NCBI GenBank assembly: GCA_965216935.1
Contig: OZ244217.1
Span: forward strand, 1,018,316-1,082,315
From: Acidobacteriota bacterium
GTDB lineage: Bacteria; Acidobacteriota; UBA890
Length of the DNA stretch: 64,000 bases
Direction: 5' to 3'
Under the pieces are notes generated by a model, which did no database searches, had not been told where the DNA came from, and saw only the letters and a list, made by a program, of their open reading frames with translations. Made by a program: the position numbers and the translations under genes. Shown here piece by piece: positions 57,953 to 64,000 of the stretch. Position 1 is the first letter of the stretch, and each line of letters starts with the position of its first letter.

Positions 57953-58297
57953 TCAACCGCCGGTGAGCAGGCGCTTCTTGCGGGCGTCGACGACGAGGGC
58001 GCTGAGGCGACGGGCTTCCGCCTCGGCCACCTTGCGTCCCAGGTCGGTCAGCCGGTAGCTAAGCCGGCGACTGTCGTCGACCGCACCGGGCGCGTCCTCG
58101 ATGAGCCCGTCCTGGCTCAACCGCTTGAGCACCTGATAGAGCGACCCGGTCGCGGGGTTCAGCATGCCTTCGGATCGGCGCTCGACCTCTTTGCCGATGG
58201 CGTAGCCGTGCGCCGGCCCGTCGCCGAGCGCCAGCAGCACATGGAAGGCGAGGTTGGTGAGCGGCAGGAAGCCGCGCGGGTCCGGCAGCGTGCTCAT
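57953..58297 (-). CDS. PadR family transcriptional regulator
   Basis: MSTLPDPRGFLPLTNLAFHVLLALGDGPAHGYAIGKEVERRSEGMLNPATGSLYQVLKRLSQDGLI is the PadR wHTH. It lies 10 nt upstream of the permease gene. The start is taken at the ATG at 58297 rather than the ORF track's 58462. Confidence 0.75.
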   Translation of the reverse strand: MSTLPDPRGFLPLTNLAFHVLLALGDGPAHGYAIGKEVERRSEGMLNPATGSLYQVLKRLSQDGLIEDAPGAVDDSRRLSYRLTDLGRKVAEAEARRLSALVVDARKKRLLTGG

Positions 58298-58518
58298 GAT
58301 CGACCTTCTCCTCGATGGGGACGGGCACGTGGTTTCGACTACCGTGAGGGGCGGCGCGTGGTTCCGACTATAGTGGTTGCCACTATACATGCGCAAGTGT
58401 CCGACAAGCGGCGCCCCGGGGCTCGGGCTCACGCGCCCTCGGCGGGCGGGGGCGGCGTCCACCCGCGTTCGGATGATCGGCAGCTGTTTCGGTGCCTCGA
58501 GTCGATGCCCGCCGGGCG

Positions 58519-61146
58519 CTATTGCCCGGAGATGATCCGCTCGAACACCGCGCGGGCCTCATCGAGGGCGTCCAGGTACGATCGGCGGTCGTCTTCCGAT
58601 CCCCAGGAATCGCGCTCTACGACCCGGTCGCGGAGCGCCTCGATCGTCTCGAGAAGGAAGCGCGCGTCCTCCGCGGATCGGTAGGGCACGCCGTCGCGTA
58701 CCACGTACACGGGGCTGGTCTGAGCGAACGGGAAGTCATCGCCGACGTACTTGCTCGGCGGACCGATGGCCCGTGCCGCGATCCAGCCGCTGCCCGAGAT
58801 CTCGATCGACGTTTCGTCGCTCCACGCTGCGCCGCCCGCAGGGTCGGCCGTGGCTCCGGCTTGCTCCCCGGCGCCGAACGAATGCGCCACTTCGCCGTTG
58901 ACGATTAGCTCGACGGTGTCGAGCGGAACCATCGACAGGACGTCGACACGGACGTTGAACGACGACGAGTTGTCGCCGTCGAGCCGCAGCTCGTCTCCCG
59001 GCTCGAGCCATCCCCGGCCTTCGTGTTCGTCGTGGGCAACGGAAAGGAACAGCAACGGCCCGCTGGTGCCGAAGGTGCGGCCCCGGCGGATCGCGTCGAG
59101 CCAGGCGGCGAACGTCAGCGGCGGGGCCCCGTCGAGGTGGGCGTACGTTCGCGCCGTTCCTCCCGACGGATCGAGCCACACATCGGAGAAGTTGTCGGTC
59201 CCGCCGGTGGCGGCGAGGCGGAAGCCGGAATTCAGCAGGCGGTAGTACATCGCCGTCGATTCGCGCTCGCGCGAAGCCACCGAGACGACGTCGAAGAACT
59301 CACCGCGACCGAGGGCGACGTGCACCGGGATGTCGGCCGACGCGGCAGACCGTGGGTTGTCGACGGGGCCGTTGTACGGGTGCACGAACCCGGCGATGCC
59401 ACCCTGCTCGTGGGCCGCGTCGATGTGGTCGAGCTTGAGCACGTCCGCTGCGTAGGGCGTTCCCCGGGCGCCGCCGATCAGAGGCATGATGAAGCGCTGC
59501 AAGCCGAGCAGCGCGACGTGCCCGTAGGAGCCGCGGAACTCCTGCGTGTAGTAGAGGATGCGGTTCCCGTCCGACAGTCGGAAGGGCTCGCCGGTGAGGT
59601 CGTCCCAGCGACCCATCAGCTTCGTCCCATCCATGTGAATCAGAGCATTGGCGACGCGCACGTCGTCGGCTTCGAGTTGGCGGAAGAACATCTCCTGGGT
59701 CAGGCCGAATCGGCCCTCGTGCAGGTCGTGCGTATGCGTATCGGAGGAGTACCAACCGTCCTGGTACAGGGGCGGGCGGCCGCCGATGCGCTCGAGGCGC
59801 ACGGTGACTTCGCCGATGCCGTTCGCCGGCACTTCGGTGGACGCCGACGCCGGCACATACTCGAAACCGCGCATCGCATCGATCGTTATCGGTCCCGCCG
59901 GCACTTCGATCTCGAACGTTCCGTCGGTGTGCTGGTAGTGGGTGCCGCTGGCCCAGGCCTTACGGTGGAAGCCGCCGTCCTCGGTGTAGGCGCGGCCGTC
60001 CGAAGCCATGACCATGACGCGCGCCGGGGTCGTTGCACCGGTCTCGTCGAGGACGCGGCCACGAATCAGGCCGGTGGGGGAGCGGCTGCGGCGAGACGAG
60101 AGCACCACCTCGCGCCAGGCGCTCCGCGGGCCGCCGGCCGCGGGCATCGTGTACAGGCGTGTCGGCCCGTCGTGGTTCGAGACGAACGCGATGCGCTCCC
60201 CGTCCGGGCTGACCGCGACCCCGAACTCGTCCGACGGGGCTTCCGTGAGGCGCACGGGGTTGCCGCCGGTCGCCGGAACGACGGCGATGTCGTTGTTCCC
60301 GGCGACGTCGGTGGAATAGAAGATCGAATCACCGTCGGCCGACCAGGCCGGCTCGGCCCGATAGCTGGTCTCTTCGGCGCGCACCAGGTACGGCTCGAAG
60401 GCATCCGCGGCATCCGCCGTGTCGCCTGCCTGCGTGGCGCTCCCGCCATCTGTGGCGTCGCCGGCACCCGCTTGCCGCTGCCGCTTGACCCAGATCCCGC
60501 CGCTTCCGATCGTCCCGGGCGCCGGCGCGACGAAGGCGATATGCGTTCCGTCCGGCGAGACCACCGGCTGGTACTGGTTTCCGCGCTCGCCGAAAGCTCG
60601 CTCGATGCGGACCGCGCCCGTGCGGAGATCCTCGGGCCGCACGGGATAGGCCGTGAAGATGTCGAAGTTACCGTCGCCGCCGCGGGAAGCGAAGAAGATT
60701 GCTTCGTCGTTGCTCGACCAGGTCGGCTGCAGATCGTAGCCGGGCGTCTCGGTGATGCGTTGCACCGGCCCGCCCTCGGCATCGACCACACCGATCTCGA
60801 GGTCTCCGTCGATCTCGTAGGTCAGGGCGATACGGGTGCCGTCGTGGCTCCAGGCGGGCTCGAAGTGGTAGTGGGGACCGCCGGTGAGTGCCACGGCTTC
60901 GCCGCCCTCCGCCGGAGCCTTCCAGATGTCGCCGCGCATCGAGAACGCCAGCCACTCGCCGTCGGGACTCCAGGCCGGGTCCATCGGCCCGGTGGACACC
61001 GGCGGGAGGAGGTGGAACTCGACCCGCGTTGCCTGGCCCGACGCCAGTGTCGGAAGCAACAGGACGAGCATTGCCAGAAGCGACACGCGCAGGCGAGTCG
61101 CTTGGCTTGCCTCGTGCAGCGGTGTTCGCCCCGCATGCATGGTCAC
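58519..61146 (-). CDS. Secreted fusion protein: N-terminal TolB-like (PD40/WD40-type) beta-propellers plus a C-terminal CehA/McbA-family (PHP-like) metallohydrolase domain
   Basis: The signal is LRVSLLAMLVLLLPTLASGQA. There are multiple PD40-like repeats (PAWSPDGEWLAFS, PAWSHDGTRIALTY, PTWSSNDEAIFFASRGGDGNFDIF, PVVSPDGTHIAFV, PAWSADGDSIFYSTD, VAVSPDGERIAFVSN). The C-terminus has WYSSDTHTHDLHEG...GFVHPYNGP and VALGRGEFFDVVSVA, typical of CehA/McbA metallohydrolases. Confidence 0.7.
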   Translation of the reverse strand: MTMHAGRTPLHEASQATRLRVSLLAMLVLLLPTLASGQATRVEFHLLPPVSTGPMDPAWSPDGEWLAFSMRGDIWKAPAEGGEAVALTGGPHYHFEPAWSHDGTRIALTYEIDGDLEIGVVDAEGGPVQRITETPGYDLQPTWSSNDEAIFFASRGGDGNFDIFTAYPVRPEDLRTGAVRIERAFGERGNQYQPVVSPDGTHIAFVAPAPGTIGSGGIWVKRQRQAGAGDATDGGSATQAGDTADAADAFEPYLVRAEETSYRAEPAWSADGDSIFYSTDVAGNNDIAVVPATGGNPVRLTEAPSDEFGVAVSPDGERIAFVSNHDGPTRLYTMPAAGGPRSAWREVVLSSRRSRSPTGLIRGRVLDETGATTPARVMVMASDGRAYTEDGGFHRKAWASGTHYQHTDGTFEIEVPAGPITIDAMRGFEYVPASASTEVPANGIGEVTVRLERIGGRPPLYQDGWYSSDTHTHDLHEGRFGLTQEMFFRQLEADDVRVANALIHMDGTKLMGRWDDLTGEPFRLSDGNRILYYTQEFRGSYGHVALLGLQRFIMPLIGGARGTPYAADVLKLDHIDAAHEQGGIAGFVHPYNGPVDNPRSAASADIPVHVALGRGEFFDVVSVASRERESTAMYYRLLNSGFRLAATGGTDNFSDVWLDPSGGTARTYAHLDGAPPLTFAAWLDAIRRGRTFGTSGPLLFLSVAHDEHEGRGWLEPGDELRLDGDNSSSFNVRVDVLSMVPLDTVELIVNGEVAHSFGAGEQAGATADPAGGAAWSDETSIEISGSGWIAARAIGPPSKYVGDDFPFAQTSPVYVVRDGVPYRSAEDARFLLETIEALRDRVVERDSWGSEDDRRSYLDALDEARAVFERIISGQ

Positions 61147-61274
61147 GGGTTCCGTCCTCTCTCCGCCTCATGGTGAACGCGAGGCGCCAGTATAACGGCC
61201 GGGATCCGTGTGGCTCCGTCGCGTGGCGGGACGTACACTCCGGGAATGTCCATCGACGGCCCGGTTGTCTGACC

Positions 61275-62150
61275 ATGCCCGAGAAAGCGCCCGAGAGCTC
61301 CGCGTCGACCGTCGTTCCCGACGGCGCCCCGAACGACGAAGCCTTCGATCGCATCACCCACGTGGGCATTGGCGCGCACCAGGACGACCTCGAGATCATG
61401 GCGTATCACGGGATCGTCCACTGCTTCGGTGATCCGGATCGGTGGTTTGGCGGAATCACCTGCACGGACGGCGCCGGTAGTCCGCGCGTCGGCGACTTCG
61501 CCGGGCTCTCCGACGAGCAGATGCGCCACGTGCGGCGGGCCGAACAAGAAGAGGCGGCTCGTGTAGGCGATTACGGCGTCATGGTCCAGCTCGGGCACCC
61601 GAGCGCGGTCTTCGCCGACGAGCCTGGCCGCCGCTCGGTCGAAGCCGAGCTGGCGCGCCTGCTAGAGCGGATGTCCCCACGGGTCGTGTACACCCACAAT
61701 CTCGCCGACAAGCACGAGACCCACGTCGCCGTCACCATGGCTGCCTTGCGCGCGATTCGCCGCCTACCCGCGGCCGATCGGCCGAACGCCGTTTACGGTT
61801 GCGAGGTTTGGCGAGATCTCGACTGGATGCCGGACGAGGACGTGATCGTTCTGGACGTCAGCCCCCGACCCGAGCTGGCCAGGGAGCTCGTCGCGGTCTT
61901 CGCTTCTCAGGTCGCCGGCGGCAAGCGCTACGACTTGGCGGCCGCGGGACGATCGCTGGCGAACGCGACCTTCCGCGCCCCCACCGAGGTCGATCGGGTC
62001 GAGCGCGGTTGGTTGGCGATGGATCTGACGCCGCTGATCGCCGACGACGCGCCCGATCCCGCGGACCACGTGGAGGCGCTGCTGCAACGGTTCTCCGCTG
62101 ATGTGCGGGCTCGGCTGGAGCGGCACGCGTCTCTTCCCCGGAACGACTGA
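61275..62150 (+). CDS. PIG-L (LmbE-like) family N-acetylglucosaminyl deacetylase
   Basis: An ATG at 61275 gives MPEKAPESS. The PIG-L motif is ITHVGIGAHQDDLEIMAYHG (HxDD) and the later HETH (ADKHETHVAV) is present. The 5' extension of the 60888 ORF is rejected. Confidence 0.7.
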   Translation: MPEKAPESSASTVVPDGAPNDEAFDRITHVGIGAHQDDLEIMAYHGIVHCFGDPDRWFGGITCTDGAGSPRVGDFAGLSDEQMRHVRRAEQEEAARVGDYGVMVQLGHPSAVFADEPGRRSVEAELARLLERMSPRVVYTHNLADKHETHVAVTMAALRAIRRLPAADRPNAVYGCEVWRDLDWMPDEDVIVLDVSPRPELARELVAVFASQVAGGKRYDLAAAGRSLANATFRAPTEVDRVERGWLAMDLTPLIADDAPDPADHVEALLQRFSADVRARLERHASLPRND

Positions 62151-62163
62151 CGGAAGCCTCGGC

Positions 62164-62940
62164 ATGGAAGTCATCATCCAACCTGACGAGCGCCGGGTCG
62201 CGGTGCTGGCGGCGGCCCGCATTGCCGCTCTCGTCCGCGCCCGGCCGGATGCGGTTCTCGGTCTGGCGACCGGCCGCAGTCAGCTGGGCATCTACGAGGA
62301 GCTCGCGCGTTTGCACCGGCAGGAGGGCCTGGATTTCGGGCAGGTGACGACGTTCAACCTCGACGAGTACCTCGGACTGGACGCCGATGATCCGCGCTCG
62401 TTTCACGCATACATGCGGGAGCATCTGTTCCGGCACGTCAACCTGGATGCCGGGCGGGTCCACCTGCCGGACGGCCGTGTCGCCGACGTGCCGGCGCACT
62501 GCGCCGAATACGAGGCGGCGATCGAAGCGGCCGGGGGCATCGACCTGCAGCTTCTCGGCATCGGTGGGGAAGGCCATATCGGTTTCAACGAGCCGTCGTC
62601 GTCGTTGGCGTCGCGGACGCGCATCAAGACGCTCACCGCCGGAACCCGACGCGACAACGCCGACGCCTTCGCCGATGGTGAGGTGCCGCGCCACGTCATC
62701 ACGATGGGAATCGGGACCATCATGGACAGTCGCGAGTGCCTCTTGCTGGCATTCGGCGATCGCAAGGCCCGTGCCGTCGCCGACACCGTGGAAGGCCCGA
62801 TCACGGCCAGCGTGCCCGCATCCATCCTGCAGATGCACCCGGCCGCCCGGGTGATCATCGATGAAGCAGCGGCGTCGCGCCTGCAACGGGCCGACTACTA
62901 CCGCAGCGTCTACGAAGGGAAGCCCGCCTGGCAGCGATAG
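62164..62940 (+). CDS. nagB: Glucosamine-6-phosphate deaminase
   Basis: It is colinear with E. coli NagB, including an exact NEPSSSLASRTRIKTL stretch, the LGLDADDPRSFHAYM region and GIGGEGHIGF. The ATG is at 62164. Confidence 0.85.
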   Translation: MEVIIQPDERRVAVLAAARIAALVRARPDAVLGLATGRSQLGIYEELARLHRQEGLDFGQVTTFNLDEYLGLDADDPRSFHAYMREHLFRHVNLDAGRVHLPDGRVADVPAHCAEYEAAIEAAGGIDLQLLGIGGEGHIGFNEPSSSLASRTRIKTLTAGTRRDNADAFADGEVPRHVITMGIGTIMDSRECLLLAFGDRKARAVADTVEGPITASVPASILQMHPAARVIIDEAAASRLQRADYYRSVYEGKPAWQR

Positions 62941-62947
62941 GGGAGCC

Positions 62948-63060
62948 GCCTGGCGGTTGCATGGAAGCCCCGCCCGGTAGCGGTAGGGATTCCCGCCCCC
63001 GGCAGCACTGTGGAACCCTGCCCGGCAGCGCTGGTGAACCCGCCCGGCAGCAGTGACGCC
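62948..63060. repeat. Four degenerate direct repeats of about 24 nt in the convergent intergenic region
   Basis: ggaagccccgcccggtagcggtaggg / attcccgcccccggcagcactgtg / gaaccctgcccggcagcgctggtg / aacccgcccggcagcagtgacg share the core cc(c/t)gcccggcagc. Confidence 0.6.
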
Positions 63061-63069
63061 GCCAGCCGC

Positions 63070-63951
63070 TCAGGGATCGGTGCGCAACGCCCGTTGCATG
63101 CCCAAGCCCTTTGCGAGCGTCTCTTCGTACTCCGCCTCGGGGTCGGAGTCGGCAACGATGCCGCCGCCAACCTGGTACCAGATGCTCTCGTCCTGGCGTA
63201 CGAGGGTGCGGATGAGAATGTTGAGCGACATGTCGCCGTCGTCGCCGATGAAACCCGCGGCGCCCGTGTAAGGGCCACGGCGCACGGGCTCGAGGCCCTC
63301 GAGAATTTCCATGGCGCGGATCTTCGGCGCGCCGGTCACGCTGCCTCCGGGCATGGTCGCCGCGAGAATGTCCACGATATCGACGTCCTCCCGTAACGTC
63401 GCTTCGATGACCGAATAGGCGTGATGCACGGTGGCGTGACTCTCGAGCTCTCGCAGGCGCGCCACGTCGACGGTGCCGTATTCGGCCACGCGGCCGAGGT
63501 CGTTCCGCAGCAGGTCGGTGATCATGAGCAGCTCGGCCCGTTCCTTTTCGCTCTCTTGCAGCTCCTTCAGCAGCGCGGTGTCCGCGTCCGGATCCGCGGC
63601 GCGCGGTCGGGTCCCCTTGATCGGACGGGTTTGTAGCCGGCGGCCCGTCTTGCGCAGGAACAGCTCGGGGCTGGCCGACAGAATCTCGGGTCCGCCGGGA
63701 AGGGAGATACAACAGGCGTAGGGGGATGGGCTCGCCGATCGCAGCCGGCCGTAGATGTCGGCGCAGGGCTCCGCCGTCCGGGCGGTGAATCGGTGGCTGA
63801 AGTTCGCCTGATAGATGTCGCCTTCGCGGATGTGCTTCAGGATGGTGTCGATGCGTCGCCGGTATGTGGCGCGATCGATCATCGGCGCCGGGTCGGTCGC
63901 AGTTTCCTTGCGGAGCGCCGTGGCCTCGGAGGGGCCGCGTTCGCGGTTCAC
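63070..63951 (-). CDS. Chorismate-binding enzyme, aminodeoxychorismate synthase component I / anthranilate synthase component I family (short form or N-terminally truncated)
   Basis: The chorismate-binding domain signatures are YRRRIDTILKHIREGDIYQANFSHRF, PYACCISLPGGPEILSASPELFLR, GTRPR, TMPGGSVTGAPKIRAMEILEGLE and RGPYTGAAGFIGDDGDMSLNILIRT. The ORF starts 49 nt from the window end, so the true N-terminus is unresolved. Confidence 0.7.
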   Translation of the reverse strand: MNRERGPSEATALRKETATDPAPMIDRATYRRRIDTILKHIREGDIYQANFSHRFTARTAEPCADIYGRLRSASPSPYACCISLPGGPEILSASPELFLRKTGRRLQTRPIKGTRPRAADPDADTALLKELQESEKERAELLMITDLLRNDLGRVAEYGTVDVARLRELESHATVHHAYSVIEATLREDVDIVDILAATMPGGSVTGAPKIRAMEILEGLEPVRRGPYTGAAGFIGDDGDMSLNILIRTLVRQDESIWYQVGGGIVADSDPEAEYEETLAKGLGMQRALRTDP

Positions 63952-64000
63952 GGCGTCGGTCGAGCCGGCGGCGATCTCGGTATCAGGAGCGTCCGTAGCT

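Overview
This is a high-GC window (roughly 70% by eye) from a diderm bacterium. It is densely coding on both strands, and the strong GC3 bias produces many long spurious antisense ORFs in the six-frame track, which I rejected. The gene content includes Tat and lipoprotein signals, TolC/RND efflux, DsbD, several PadR-linked duplicated-FtsX ('ADOP'-type) permeases and FG-GAP/choice-of-anchor proteins. That is compatible with a Gemmatimonadota- or Acidobacteriota-like genome, which is inference only. I found no rRNA, tRNA, CRISPR array, transposase or integrase. Confident calls are an M16 peptidase, a Tat-exported sulfite-oxidase-family molybdoenzyme, DsbD, protoporphyrinogen oxidase, GlgA, a MoxR-DUF58-DUF4129 operon, an OMF-MFP-RND efflux operon, Dut, NagB, a PIG-L deacetylase, ankyrin and TPR proteins and an amidohydrolase. 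The most interesting region is 15.5-25.8 kb. It is a tightly coupled cluster with start/stop overlaps of the ATGA/GTGA type. It contains three paralogous ATP-grasp ligases, a fourth glutathionylspermidine-synthase-like ATP-grasp protein, a canonical glgA, a cyanophycinase/dipeptidase-E-like S51 serine peptidase carrying a Ser/Ala-rich low-complexity N-terminus, and two PF00756-type esterases. I read this as a candidate uncharacterised amide-ligase/peptidase system for an amino-acid polymer or peptide conjugate, possibly linked to an alpha-glucan. Other noteworthy features are a roughly 277-bp imperfect palindromic element with perfect 31-bp terminal inverted repeats inside a 0.7-kb non-coding island, a 4-copy in-frame 27-30-nt tandem repeat straddling the OMF/MFP gene junction, an unusual PF04392 (periplasmic binding protein-like) fusion to TolC, a TolB-like propeller fused to a CehA/McbA metallohydrolase, and palindromic candidate PadR operators.
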